This document shows positions 37,435-47,871 of a stretch of 64,000 nt of DNA, piece by piece (position 1 is the first letter of the stretch; the number at the start of each line of letters is the position of its first letter). Below the pieces are notes generated by a model. It searched no databases, was not told where the DNA came from, and worked only from the letters and a program-made list of their open reading frames with translations. This stretch comes from Candidatus Latescibacterota bacterium (lineage in GTDB: Bacteria > Latescibacterota > UBA2968), in contig OZ244960.1 in assembly GCA_965222605.1 (NCBI GenBank), positions 1,024,001-1,088,000 on the forward strand, given 5' to 3'. The translations under genes were made by a program, and so were the position numbers.

Positions 37435-38247
37435 ATGAAAATCATCATCCTCTCTACACTCGGCGCACTCATTCTGCTCGGCGTGGGTGTGTACATTGTT
37501 TTTTATATTTCAGAGCGCGACAAAATTGAAGGAAAATCCTTCTTCCGTCTTGAAAATCGCTGGCTCTACGGATTTTTGGGCTACGCATCTGTCATTGTCA
37601 TCACTTTTTTGGTCCTGATTTTGCAAACCTCGCTCACGCGCCAGGAGAAAACCCTTAAAAATACTCAAGCGCGGTTCCAGCAAGAACTCACAGCTTTTCG
37701 CGAGCGACTCGGCGAACAAACCGACCGTCTCATGTCCCAAATCAATGAAAAAGCGATACTCACTGGATCTGAAATCGAGGTGCGCGGCAAGCTATCCAAC
37801 GAAATTGCCCATCATCAACGCACCCGCAAAGAACGCGACGCTGCACGCGAACAATTGCGCCTCACACAAGGTGACTTAGATCGGGAAACCCGCGCACACC
37901 GCGCCTATCTGGACAGCCTCAATACCGAAAGATCGCTTCATGCATCAACCCAAAACCGACTCAAGCGCGAGGAAGCACAACACGCCAAAAACCGCGAGAC
38001 ATTGCGAAACACCCAACAAAAACTCGACCGCGCCAACGAGCGCCTAAATGTACAAAATCACCAGATTACAGCGCTGAGAAGAGATCTCAAACGCGTGCAG
38101 GACAACGCCGACAATGCACGCCAGATGACCAGCCGCCTCTTACAGCAATCCGGTGACCATCAGCGAGCACTCATGATCCTTCAAGCCACCGCCGATTCTC
38201 TCTTTCTAAAAGAATTTAAACGCCCCCGAATTCCTTCAGAAAAATAG
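37435..38247 (+). CDS. Hypothetical protein with two TM helices and a long coiled coil
   Basis: Two hydrophobic segments followed by ~190 aa of heptad-rich sequence. Confidence 0.7.
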   Translation: MKIIILSTLGALILLGVGVYIVFYISERDKIEGKSFFRLENRWLYGFLGYASVIVITFLVLILQTSLTRQEKTLKNTQARFQQELTAFRERLGEQTDRLMSQINEKAILTGSEIEVRGKLSNEIAHHQRTRKERDAAREQLRLTQGDLDRETRAHRAYLDSLNTERSLHASTQNRLKREEAQHAKNRETLRNTQQKLDRANERLNVQNHQITALRRDLKRVQDNADNARQMTSRLLQQSGDHQRALMILQATADSLFLKEFKRPRIPSEK

Positions 38248-38265
38248 ACGCGGAGAAAACGCATC

Positions 38266-39459
38266 GTGAAACTCAAAATCCTCCTTCCCATCATTATCCT
38301 GATCATCGGCGTGCTGGGTACTTATACTATTATGATGCTGGGCGGTAGAGAAATTGTGGTAATGATCAAAAATCGGGAGGTTGTACAGACCCCAACAGAA
38401 GTCCCCCCACCGCTCGTTCGCGTTCAATCCGTTCACACCACAGACTTTCAACTCGTTATTCCAGCGCAAGGCACAGTTGCCCCGCGTACGCAAACCACGC
38501 TCATTTCACAAGTGGCAGGCCAAATCATTGATGTATCGCCCGCATTTGCCAACGGTGGCTTTTTTGAAAAAGGCGATGTTCTGCTCACCATAGACCCGCG
38601 CGATTACGAAGTCGCTGTTGCACAAGCACAGGTTCAGGTCGCACAGGCCAAATTGCGATTGGCACGTGAAGAAGAAGAAGCCGCAATTGCCCGCGACGAA
38701 TGGAAACGCTTAGGCAGTGGAGAGCCAACCGATCTGGTTTTGCGCAAGCCACAAATTAACGAAGCCCGTGCGACCATTGCCGCTGCCGAAGGCGCACTGA
38801 TGCGCGCCAACCTCAACCTCGAACGCACGCAAATCAAAGCGCCATATCCCGGACGCGTTCGCGCCAAAAATGCCGATGTCGGACAATACGTCAACCCCGG
38901 TTCGCCACTCGGCCACATTTACGCCATCGATTACGCCGAAGTGCGACTGCCCGTGTCCGATGACCAGCTCGCTTATCTGGACCTCCCGTTCTCCTTTCGC
39001 AATAACCCCCATGATAATTCAGGTCCCGATGTGCGCTTACACGCCACATTTGCCGGGCGCGAACACACCTATATGGGGCGCATAGTGCGCGTTGAAGGCG
39101 AAATTGACACGCGCTCTGGCATGATTGCGCTCGTCGGGCGCGTAGATAATCCATACCACCAGCGCGATCACAACACGCCGCCATTGGCAGTGGGTATGTT
39201 TGTCACCGCAGAAATCCTGGGTCATCACGCGGAAAACGTCGTGGTCATCACGCGCACTGCACTGCGCGGCAAGAATCGCGTTCTCGTGGTTACGGGCAAT
39301 CGCCTCTATTATCGAACCATCGATATCTTGCGCGCCGACGCAGAAAAAGTCGTTGTTAGAAGCGGTCTAAAATCGGGTGAACAACTCTGCGTATCGCCAC
39401 TCGATACCGTCGTAGATGGCATGCGCGTGCGCACCGTGTGCACTGGAGGTACGCAATGA
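38266..39459 (+). CDS. RND efflux periplasmic adaptor subunit
   Basis: N-terminal TM anchor, QVAGQI, KGDVLLTIDPRDY, LERTQIKAPY. Confidence 0.92.
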   Translation: MKLKILLPIIILIIGVLGTYTIMMLGGREIVVMIKNREVVQTPTEVPPPLVRVQSVHTTDFQLVIPAQGTVAPRTQTTLISQVAGQIIDVSPAFANGGFFEKGDVLLTIDPRDYEVAVAQAQVQVAQAKLRLAREEEEAAIARDEWKRLGSGEPTDLVLRKPQINEARATIAAAEGALMRANLNLERTQIKAPYPGRVRAKNADVGQYVNPGSPLGHIYAIDYAEVRLPVSDDQLAYLDLPFSFRNNPHDNSGPDVRLHATFAGREHTYMGRIVRVEGEIDTRSGMIALVGRVDNPYHQRDHNTPPLAVGMFVTAEILGHHAENVVVITRTALRGKNRVLVVTGNRLYYRTIDILRADAEKVVVRSGLKSGEQLCVSPLDTVVDGMRVRTVCTGGTQ

Positions 39460-42400
39460 GAAATGCCGTTGAATGGTTTGCCCGAAACAGCGTGGCGGCC
39501 AATCTGTTGATGGTATTGATCCTGGGAGGCGGCATTTTTCTCGCATCCAGCATTCGCATGGAAGTCTTCCCAGAGTTTTCAAGTGACATGATCAATGTCT
39601 CCATGATCTATCTGGGCGCTGCTCCCGAAGAAGTCGAAGAAGCCATCTGCGTGCGCATCGAAGAAGCTGTGCTGGGTCTCGACGGTATTGAGCGCATCAC
39701 CTCCACAGCATCGGAGAATAGCGGTGTTGTCAACATCAAACTCGAGTCCGGTGCTGATATGCGCAAATTGCTCGACGATGTCAAAGCCCGCGTAGATGCC
39801 ATCACCTCTTTTCCGGCGGAAACGGAAAAACCCATCATTCGAGAAATCACCAACCGCCGCCAGGTCATCAACGTTGCCATCTCGGGACCGACAGATGAAA
39901 AAACCCTCAAAACAATTGGCGAGCAAGTCAGAGACGATATTGCAACCCTTCCCGGCATCACACAAGTAGATCTCGTCAGCACACGCCCTTACGAAATCGC
40001 TATCGAAGTCTCGGAAAATGACCTGAGGCGTTATGACCTCACCTTTAGCGAAATTGCCATGGCCGTAAGGCGCTTCTCTATTGATCTGCCCGGCGGGGCC
40101 ATTCGCACAAAGGGCGGCGAAATCCTGTTGCGCACCAAAGGGCAGGCATATCGCGGCAAAGAATTTGAATCGCTCGTCTTGCGTTCCCGCCCCGATGGCA
40201 CACATCTTCGCCTGGGCGATGTCGCCACAGTTATCGACGGGTTTGCGGAAACCGACCAATCTGCCCAATTTGATGCAGAACCCACCGTGATTGTCCAGGT
40301 TTATCGCGTGGGCGATCAAAATGTTCTGGACATCACGAAAAAAGTCAAAGCGTATATCGGCGAAGCACAAACGCGCCTGCCCGATGGCATCAAACTCACC
40401 GTCTGGGCAGACTATTCTCGCATCTTAAATGACCGTCTGGAACTCATGCTGCGCAATGGTCGAATGGGCTTTATCCTCGTCTTCATCGCACTGACGATGT
40501 TTCTGCGTTTGCGACTCGCCTTTTGGGTCGCCCTGGGCATTCCCATCTCATTCCTCGGCGCAATCGGTCTGATGCCCTTCTTCGACGTCTCCATCAACAT
40601 GATCTCCCTCTTTGCATTTATCGTGGTACTCGGCATTGTTGTGGATGACGCCGTCATCGTAGGGGAAAACATCTATCGCCATTATCAAATGGGCAAACGC
40701 GGCTTGCGCGCGGCCATCGATGGCGCGCAAGAAGTATATGTTCCCGTCATTTTTGCTGTCCTCACATCTATTGCCGCCTTCTCTCCCCTGCTCACCGTTG
40801 AAGGTAACATGGGGAAAATCATGAAACTCATTCCCCAGATTGTCATTCTCACCCTCATCTTTTCACTCATCGAATCGCTTCTTATCTTGCCAGCGCACCT
40901 CGCGCACGCCAAAATGGATGCAAAGAAAGACAGCGATCCCCCGCGCAAACGCGCCATTGTCACCCTGTGGCAACGCGTTCAAAACAGCGTGGCCGATGGC
41001 TTGCTCACCGCTGTTGACCACTATTATCGACCCTTTCTCGAATGGGTGCTTCAGTGGCGGTATTTGACCCTCGCGGCGAGTGTTGCCACGCTCTTTCTCA
41101 CCGTGGGTCTCGTTGGTGGCGGGTGGATCAAATTCGTCTTTTTTCCCAATGTCGAGGCCGACAATGTCGCGGCCATGCTCACCATGCCCCAGGGCACACC
41201 TGCCGAGGTGACAGAAAATGCAGTGCGCCACCTGGAGGCGTCAGCACGCCAACTCCAACGCGAAATAGAAGGCGATGAATCGGGCGCGGTATTTCGCCAT
41301 ATTCTCGCAACCGTAGGCGAACAACCTTTTCGCTCAGCACAAAGCCAGAACTTTGGGAGCGGTGCCGCATTTTCATCGGCACATCTGGGTGAAGTCAATA
41401 TTGAACTCGTGCCTTCGGAAAATCGCAACATCGGCAGTGAAGAAATTGCCAAGCGTTGGCGCGAAGTCACCGGCGCTATTCCCGACGCTGTCGAGCTGAC
41501 CTACACGTCTTCGCTATTTTCAAGCGGAGAAGCCATCAATATCCAGTTCTCAGGTCCAGACTACGGTGAATTGCGCGAAGTCACCGAAAAATTCAAAAGC
41601 GCGTTGGGTGAATATCCCGGTGTCTTTGACATCGCCGATTCCTTCCGCCCCGGGAAAGAGGAAGTGAAACTCTCCCTCACCCGACAAGCCGAAATCCTGG
41701 GCATCACATTGGCCGACCTCGCGCGCCAGATCAGACAGGCATTTTACGGCGAAGAAGCGCAGCGTATTCAGCGCGGCCGCGACGACATCCGCGTGATGGT
41801 GCGCTATCCCGAATCAGAGCGACGGTCCCTGGGCAACCTCGAAGACATGCGCATCCGCACACCCGGCGGTGGCGAAGTGCCCTTCTCAATCGCCGCGCGT
41901 GCCGAACTCGGTCGAGGCTACGCATCCATCCGTCGCGCCGACCGCCAGAGAGTTATCAACGTCACTGCCGACGTCGATATAAGCATCGTCAATGCAAATG
42001 AAATCATCGCCGATTTCACCCGCACTGTTTTGCCCAGAATAATGGCAGATCATCCCCGCGTGCGCTACGATTTTGAAGGCCAGCAAAGAGAACAGACCGA
42101 AATGCTACAGGGGCTGGCCAACAGCTTTGTTATCGCCTTGCTCGTTATTTATATTTTGCTCGCTATTCCCTTTAAATCCTATGTCCAACCCCTCATTGTG
42201 ATGGGCGCCATCCCATTTGGGATCGTCGGCGCGGTCTGGGGCCATGTCGCTCTCGGATTTGATCTCTCGATTCTCTCTGCATTTGGCATTGTTGCGCTTA
42301 CAGGTGTCGTGGTCAACGACAGTCTGGTCATGGTCGATTTTATCAACAAACAGCGCGAAAAAGGCCACGCACTTTCCGAAGCCCTCCGCGAAGCTGGGGC

Positions 42401-42665
42401 TGTTCGTTTCCGCCCCATTCTTCTAACCTCACTCACGACATTTCTTGGCCTCACCCCCCTGCTATTGGAAAAAAGCCTTCAGGCACAGTTCCTGGTTCCA
42501 ATGGCCATATCCCTCGGTTTTGGCGTTCTCTTTGCAACCGTCATTACCCTCTTGCTCGTCCCCATCACCTACTATATTCTCGAAGACCTCATCAATACCT
42601 TCTATCGCCTCATCGGGCGCGAACGCCGTGCATTCCGCGCAGATCTGAACAGCGCAGCAGATTAA
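39456..42665 (+). CDS. RND (AcrB-family) transporter permease
   Basis: WFARNSVAANLLM, GIVVDDAVIVGEN, RFRPILLTSLTT; 12-TM layout. Confidence 0.95.
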   Translation: MRNAVEWFARNSVAANLLMVLILGGGIFLASSIRMEVFPEFSSDMINVSMIYLGAAPEEVEEAICVRIEEAVLGLDGIERITSTASENSGVVNIKLESGADMRKLLDDVKARVDAITSFPAETEKPIIREITNRRQVINVAISGPTDEKTLKTIGEQVRDDIATLPGITQVDLVSTRPYEIAIEVSENDLRRYDLTFSEIAMAVRRFSIDLPGGAIRTKGGEILLRTKGQAYRGKEFESLVLRSRPDGTHLRLGDVATVIDGFAETDQSAQFDAEPTVIVQVYRVGDQNVLDITKKVKAYIGEAQTRLPDGIKLTVWADYSRILNDRLELMLRNGRMGFILVFIALTMFLRLRLAFWVALGIPISFLGAIGLMPFFDVSINMISLFAFIVVLGIVVDDAVIVGENIYRHYQMGKRGLRAAIDGAQEVYVPVIFAVLTSIAAFSPLLTVEGNMGKIMKLIPQIVILTLIFSLIESLLILPAHLAHAKMDAKKDSDPPRKRAIVTLWQRVQNSVADGLLTAVDHYYRPFLEWVLQWRYLTLAASVATLFLTVGLVGGGWIKFVFFPNVEADNVAAMLTMPQGTPAEVTENAVRHLEASARQLQREIEGDESGAVFRHILATVGEQPFRSAQSQNFGSGAAFSSAHLGEVNIELVPSENRNIGSEEIAKRWREVTGAIPDAVELTYTSSLFSSGEAINIQFSGPDYGELREVTEKFKSALGEYPGVFDIADSFRPGKEEVKLSLTRQAEILGITLADLARQIRQAFYGEEAQRIQRGRDDIRVMVRYPESERRSLGNLEDMRIRTPGGGEVPFSIAARAELGRGYASIRRADRQRVINVTADVDISIVNANEIIADFTRTVLPRIMADHPRVRYDFEGQQREQTEMLQGLANSFVIALLVIYILLAIPFKSYVQPLIVMGAIPFGIVGAVWGHVALGFDLSILSAFGIVALTGVVVNDSLVMVDFINKQREKGHALSEALREAGAVRFRPILLTSLTTFLGLTPLLLEKSLQAQFLVPMAISLGFGVLFATVITLLLVPITYYILEDLINTFYRLIGRERRAFRADLNSAAD

Positions 42666-42690
42666 TTGCGCGTGGTGTTGTCGCAATTAC

Positions 42691-42723
42691 AAAGGCCGAT
42701 TGCTTTTGCAACCGGCCTTTTTT
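42691..42723 (+). terminator. Terminator after the RND operon
   Basis: aaaggccg...cggcctttttt. Confidence 0.7.
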
Positions 42724-42731
42724 GCTCGCTA

Positions 42732-42760
42732 TTGACAAGCTTTGTCGATGCGTGTACATT
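42732..42760 (+). promoter_or_regulatory. sigma70-type promoter for the sulfatase
   Basis: TTGACA-N17-TACATT; the palindrome gacaa-gct-ttgtc overlaps the -35 box. Confidence 0.55.
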
Positions 42761-42813
42761 GCGCTCACGGTTTATAAAGCACCTGTATGGCTCAAAATTG
42801 AAAGGAATAACCA

Positions 42814-44187
42814 ATGGCTCCCAACATCATCTTTATCCTCACCGATGATCAAGGACCCTGGGCTGCCGGATGTTATGGCAATTCAGAAATTCGCACCCCC
42901 AATCTCGACCGCATTGCCGCCACGGGTATTCGCTTCGACAATTTCTTTGTCACCATCCCCGTGTGCTCGCCCAGTCGCGCCTCTTTTCTCACGGGTCGCA
43001 TACCCTCACAACACGGCGTACACGACTGGATCCGCGAAGGCAACACGGGTCCCGATGCTGCTTCTTATCTCCAGGACGAAATCTGCTATACCGACATCCT
43101 ATCCGAACACGGCTGGACATGTGGGTTATCGGGCAAATGGCACCTGGGCAATAGCACCTTGCCGCAGCACGGCTTCTCGCACTGGTTTGCCCACGAAAAA
43201 GGCGGTGGTCCCTACAACGACGCCACGCTGGTACGCAATGGCGAACTCGTCGCAGTACCAGGTTATGTGACCACCGCCATCACAGACGACGCCCTCGCAT
43301 TCATCGACAATCACGCCAATGACGACAAGCCCTTTTACCTCAGCGTTCACTACACCGCGCCCCACAGCCCATGGACTGGACATCCCCAGGATATTGTCGA
43401 TTCCTACGACGATTGCCCATTCGAATCCTGTCCACAAGAAGATCCACACCCCTGGGCGGGAGGCTTGAGCAATAATTTGGGCAACCGCGAAAGTCTCAAA
43501 GGCTACTTTGCCGCTGTCACCGCAATGGATTATGACGTGGGGCGCATCCTCGATAAAATTGAGGACAAGGGGATTCGCAACAACACCCTCGTTGTCTTCA
43601 CCTCTGACAATGGCTTTTCTTGTGGTCATCACGGCTTTTGGGGCAAGGGCAATGGTACGCGCCCCTTAAATATGTATGAAAACTCCATCAAAGTACCCTT
43701 CTTAGCCAGCCATCCCGGCGTCATCCCCGAAGGGAGCGTGCAGCCCGCAATGGCTTCGGGATACGATTTTATGCCCACTCTCCTCGACTATCTCAACCTG
43801 CCCTTACCCGAAGACCGCAACTACCCCGGCCGATCCTTCCTCGCCGCGCTCAAAGGCGAAGAAGACCCCGGGCGCGACAATGTCGTTATCTACGACGAAT
43901 ACGGCACGACGCGCATGATCCGCACGGCAGAATGGAAATACGTACACCGCTATCCCGATGGCCCCAACGAACTTTACGACCTGCAAAACGATCCCGACGA
44001 GCGCGACAATCTCGTTGACGACACCGCGCAGGCCAACCGCATCAAAACGATGAAAACGCAAATGGAAATGTGGTTTACAACCTACACCGTCCCCGACAAA
44101 GACGGACGCGATTACACCGTCAGCGGCGCCGGACAACTCCGCCCCGTCGGCCAAAAATGGGAAGACGACCGCAAACCCTTTGCATAA
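42814..44187 (+). CDS. Formylglycine-dependent (Cys-type) sulfatase, no signal peptide
   Basis: PNIIFILTDDQG, CSPSRASFLTG, GKWHLG, SDNG, ELYDL..DP.E. Confidence 0.93.
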   Translation: MAPNIIFILTDDQGPWAAGCYGNSEIRTPNLDRIAATGIRFDNFFVTIPVCSPSRASFLTGRIPSQHGVHDWIREGNTGPDAASYLQDEICYTDILSEHGWTCGLSGKWHLGNSTLPQHGFSHWFAHEKGGGPYNDATLVRNGELVAVPGYVTTAITDDALAFIDNHANDDKPFYLSVHYTAPHSPWTGHPQDIVDSYDDCPFESCPQEDPHPWAGGLSNNLGNRESLKGYFAAVTAMDYDVGRILDKIEDKGIRNNTLVVFTSDNGFSCGHHGFWGKGNGTRPLNMYENSIKVPFLASHPGVIPEGSVQPAMASGYDFMPTLLDYLNLPLPEDRNYPGRSFLAALKGEEDPGRDNVVIYDEYGTTRMIRTAEWKYVHRYPDGPNELYDLQNDPDERDNLVDDTAQANRIKTMKTQMEMWFTTYTVPDKDGRDYTVSGAGQLRPVGQKWEDDRKPFA

Positions 44188-44209
44188 AGAGCGGTCAAAG
44201 GAGGTACCG

Positions 44210-45094
44210 GTGAAAGCGGGTGTGTGCAGTTACTGCTTCAATTCGATGCTGACCGAGGGTAAGATCTCTTTGATGGAGGCGATCGAATTCGTGGGAAAGG
44301 AGACTGAGGCCGACTGCTTCGAGCCCTACTCCCCATACTGGAGTCCCGATCGAGACGTGCAAGAACAGGCGCGCGAGGCCCGGAGCCTGATGGACCGGGT
44401 GGGCCTGCAGGCCTCGTGCCATGCCCTGGCGACCGATTTCGCCGTCTACGACGAAGGCGAAAATCGCGCCTGCCTGGACTGGTGTGAGAAGATGCTCCAG
44501 GTCGCCGTGATCCTCGGGGCCGATACGGTCCGCGTCGATCCCCGCACCGCCCCACCTCCCGGCAGATCCCGCGACGATATCGATCCCGAAGACGCCCTCG
44601 CCCGCGTTGTTCAAAGCATGCAGACCGTCGCCGACATCGCTACCGAAAAAGGCCTGAAAGTCGGCGTTGAGAACCACGGGCTACTGCTCGGACGCACGTC
44701 GCAGACCGCGCGCATCGTCGAGCGGGTCGATCGCCCCAACTTCGGCGTGAACCTCGACTTCACCAATTTCCGCACGGTCTTCGGAGAAGACCACGTTGAG
44801 GCGGCCCGGCTTCTCGCCAGACATGTCGTCCACATCCATGCCAAGGACTTCCACATTCGGCAGGATCCCCAGCCTGGGGAGGAGTGGCGCGAAATCCCCT
44901 CGGGCGAATACGTCAAGCGCGCGGTCGGCGGCGAGGGGAACTCGGGTTGGGCCGAGATCTTTCGCATCCTCAAAGATGCGGGCTACAGGGACGCTATCTC
45001 CCTCGAGGTCTCAGATCCAGCGGACATCCGGGGCAGTGTCGCGAAAGGGGTGGCCAATCTGAAGCGTATCATCGCGGAGGTGGAGCGGTTGTAA
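44210..45094 (+). CDS. Sugar phosphate isomerase/epimerase (TIM barrel) family
   Basis: GVENHG, NLDFTNF, HIHAKD, SLE; SD AAGGAGGT. Confidence 0.85.
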   Translation: MKAGVCSYCFNSMLTEGKISLMEAIEFVGKETEADCFEPYSPYWSPDRDVQEQAREARSLMDRVGLQASCHALATDFAVYDEGENRACLDWCEKMLQVAVILGADTVRVDPRTAPPPGRSRDDIDPEDALARVVQSMQTVADIATEKGLKVGVENHGLLLGRTSQTARIVERVDRPNFGVNLDFTNFRTVFGEDHVEAARLLARHVVHIHAKDFHIRQDPQPGEEWREIPSGEYVKRAVGGEGNSGWAEIFRILKDAGYRDAISLEVSDPADIRGSVAKGVANLKRIIAEVERL

Positions 45095-45172
45095 TGCCAG
45101 AGCCAAGACGTGGATGGAAGCCACGGCGACCGCTACTGCCTTATGAACAATTTTTCGCATACAAGGTACCCC

Positions 45173-45442
45173 ATGAAAACTCGATATTTGGAAGTGACAT
45201 TTCGCAAGGGTAAACCGCTTGCAGCCTATTTGTATTTGCCGAGAGATCCCGGTGCTAAGAGTGCCAGAACAGAGCTTATGGAATCTGGCTTGCTGGTGGA
45301 TTATCAGGCCGATGGTCGTCCGATTGGCTTAGAGATCACGGCACCTGACAAAGTCACATTAGATCAGATCAACGGTATTCTCAAGCGATTGAATTTACCC
45401 TTATTGGATCCTCAGGAGTTGGCACCCTTACAAGCGGCATAA
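45173..45442 (+). CDS. DUF2283 domain protein
   Basis: LAAYLYL...GLLVDYQADGRPIGLEI. Confidence 0.8.
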   Translation: MKTRYLEVTFRKGKPLAAYLYLPRDPGAKSARTELMESGLLVDYQADGRPIGLEITAPDKVTLDQINGILKRLNLPLLDPQELAPLQAA

Positions 45443-45459
45443 GACATCGGAGAACGGAT

Positions 45460-46686
45460 ATGAATAAAAAACTGGCTCTCTATGGCGGAGAAAAAACGCG
45501 CACAGCCCCCTTTCCCTCGCGCACGCCATTTGGAAAAAAAGAAGAAGAATTGTTATTGAACGCCGTACGCAGTCAAAATTTGTTTGGCAAGAGCGGCACC
45601 TATGTCAAAGATTTTGAAAAGCAATTTGCCGACTTTTACGGGATGGAATACGCACAAAGCTCAACGAGTGGCACGGCGGCCATTCATCTGGCAGTGGGCG
45701 TTGTCGATCCCGAACCAGGGGACGAAATCATCACCGCACCCATTACTGATCCGGGCAGCGTAATGCCCATTTTAATTCAAAATGCCGTACCCGTATTTGC
45801 CGATGTCGATCCCCTGACAATGAACATGACACCCGAATCGATTGAAGAAAATATTACAGACCGCACGCGCGCAATCATCCTCGTACACTTGTTTGGCCGC
45901 CCCTGCAATGTCGAAGAAGTGGTGAAAATTGCGGAAAAATACCATATTACGCTGATTGAAGATTGCAGCCAATGTCACGCCACCAAATACAAAGGTCGCT
46001 ATGTGGGAACTTTTGGGCATATGGGTTGTTTTAGTCTGCAACAGTCCAAACACATGACTACGGGCGATGGCGGGATGACGGTCACGCATGACAGAGAAAC
46101 CTATATTCGTCTCAAGCTGTTCTCCGATAAGGGATGGGACTATCAATATATGGCCGATCGCGATCACGCTTTTGTCGCACCCAACTATCGCATGACCGAG
46201 ATGCAGGGCGCGGTTGGCCTCGCGCAGTTGGAAAAAGTGCGCGGCGTGGTCGAGAGACGGCACGAATTGGGCGCATTGCTAAGTGACCTGATTGCCGATG
46301 CCCCGGGTATAACTCCCCTGCCGATAGAAGAAGACCGCGAGGTTTCATGGTGGAATTTTGTTTTTCACGTCACGGGTCACGATCCCGATGAATTTTGCAA
46401 AGCCGTGCGCGCCGAAGGCGTATCTATGGGGGCGCATTATATCAAAGATCCGATTTTTATGCGCGGGAATTACCTGACCGAAAAACGCACCTATGGAAAC
46501 AGCGGATTCCCCTTTCACCACGGCGTAACAAGCCGCGAATATAACTACGGCCCAGAACTCGTTCCCGGTGCTGTACAGGCATTGAGTACAGTCGTTGTGT
46601 GGGGCTTGCACGAACACCTCGACGAAAAAGACATTCGCGACACCGCCGTCGCGATCAACAAAGTCGCAAACGGCCTGGGCAAATAG
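45460..46686 (+). CDS. DegT/DnrJ/EryC1/StrS PLP aminotransferase
   Basis: TSGTAAIH, PGDEII, LIEDCSQ, FSLQQSKHMTTGDGG, NYRMTEMQGA. Confidence 0.92.
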   Translation: MNKKLALYGGEKTRTAPFPSRTPFGKKEEELLLNAVRSQNLFGKSGTYVKDFEKQFADFYGMEYAQSSTSGTAAIHLAVGVVDPEPGDEIITAPITDPGSVMPILIQNAVPVFADVDPLTMNMTPESIEENITDRTRAIILVHLFGRPCNVEEVVKIAEKYHITLIEDCSQCHATKYKGRYVGTFGHMGCFSLQQSKHMTTGDGGMTVTHDRETYIRLKLFSDKGWDYQYMADRDHAFVAPNYRMTEMQGAVGLAQLEKVRGVVERRHELGALLSDLIADAPGITPLPIEEDREVSWWNFVFHVTGHDPDEFCKAVRAEGVSMGAHYIKDPIFMRGNYLTEKRTYGNSGFPFHHGVTSREYNYGPELVPGAVQALSTVVVWGLHEHLDEKDIRDTAVAINKVANGLGK

Positions 46687-46704
46687 ACGAGAAAAGGAAT
46701 CCAA

Positions 46705-47730
46705 ATGCACCAGTCTCGTACACGGTGGTATTACACCAGAGGCATTTTTGCACTCTGTATCCTGGCTCTTTCTGCTTGTGGAAGCACAACGTCGCCGGAT
46801 ATCACGGGGCCGGCAGAACCCGGTGCAGAGCCAATACCGGGCGGCCCAGGACGGATCGCATATATAAAGCAAAACCTGCAAACGGGCAGTTTTCATCTCC
46901 ATATTGTGAATCCCGACGGTAAAAACCCCATCAATCTCAATCCCACAGACGATCTGGCTGAATATTCCGGGCAATCGTGGTCGTCCGACGGTTCACAACT
47001 CGCCTTTGCCTCAAATCGCAGTGGCAATGCCAATTTCAACATTTTTGTTATGAATACCGACGGGAGCAATATCCGTAGTGTGGTTGAAGATTCGGGAAAC
47101 GAATTTGCATCGTCCTGGTCGCCCGATGGACAGAAAATACTCTTTCAAACAAAGCGCAGCGATGAGACAGCTTGGGATATTTATGTGGTCAACATCGACG
47201 GTTCTGGAGAACAGGTGCTGATCAATACAGATATGGAAGAGCAACTATCCGTCTGGTCACCCGATGGTACCAAATTTGCCTATCAGGCCGGACACCGCGG
47301 TCGTGGAATCGATATTTATGTCGCCAATGCCGATGGTACAGGCGCGATGCGTTTGACAGATGGCAATGGCACCTTGCACGCTGCACCCGCCTGGTCGCCA
47401 GATGGAACGCAGATAGCATTTGAATCCAATCGCCATCAACCCCCGTCAACAGGCACGCGAACGCCTCTGGCGCAGTACGAGATTTATGTGATGAATCGAG
47501 ATGGGTCAAATATGCGCCGTCTCACGTCTTCCCAACCCCTCGAAGCATTACGCAATCCAACCTGGTCGCCCGATGGGAAGCAAATTGCATTTGAATTTCA
47601 CAGTTATGCAACAAATCTAATCTCGGGATTTTCGACCGTTAAGGTCATGAATGTAGATGGCTCCAATGCTTTTTCTATTCCCAATATCCCACTTGGTGCG
47701 CGCTTCCCGCGCTGGTCGCCTGTGCCGTAA
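46705..47730 (+). CDS. TolB-like beta-propeller lipoprotein
   Basis: Lipobox LSAC, repeated WSPDG (PD40) motifs. Confidence 0.87.
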   Translation: MHQSRTRWYYTRGIFALCILALSACGSTTSPDITGPAEPGAEPIPGGPGRIAYIKQNLQTGSFHLHIVNPDGKNPINLNPTDDLAEYSGQSWSSDGSQLAFASNRSGNANFNIFVMNTDGSNIRSVVEDSGNEFASSWSPDGQKILFQTKRSDETAWDIYVVNIDGSGEQVLINTDMEEQLSVWSPDGTKFAYQAGHRGRGIDIYVANADGTGAMRLTDGNGTLHAAPAWSPDGTQIAFESNRHQPPSTGTRTPLAQYEIYVMNRDGSNMRRLTSSQPLEALRNPTWSPDGKQIAFEFHSYATNLISGFSTVKVMNVDGSNAFSIPNIPLGARFPRWSPVP

Positions 47731-47871
47731 ACACAACATTCATTGAACAGACCATCTGAAAAGTCTTGGATTTTATCCGAGACTTTTTTGTTTGACTTCG
47801 CCGCTTTTGTCCAATTAATTGTTTCGCAGCCGGGTATATGGTATTGCGAACCACTTTTCAGGAGGCGCGTT

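Noticed and set aside
46950-47730. Recurring tggtcgcc(c/a)gatgg DNA repeats
   Set aside because: These encode the WSPDG propeller repeats and are not CRISPR or a DNA array; no CRISPR array or cas genes were seen in the window.
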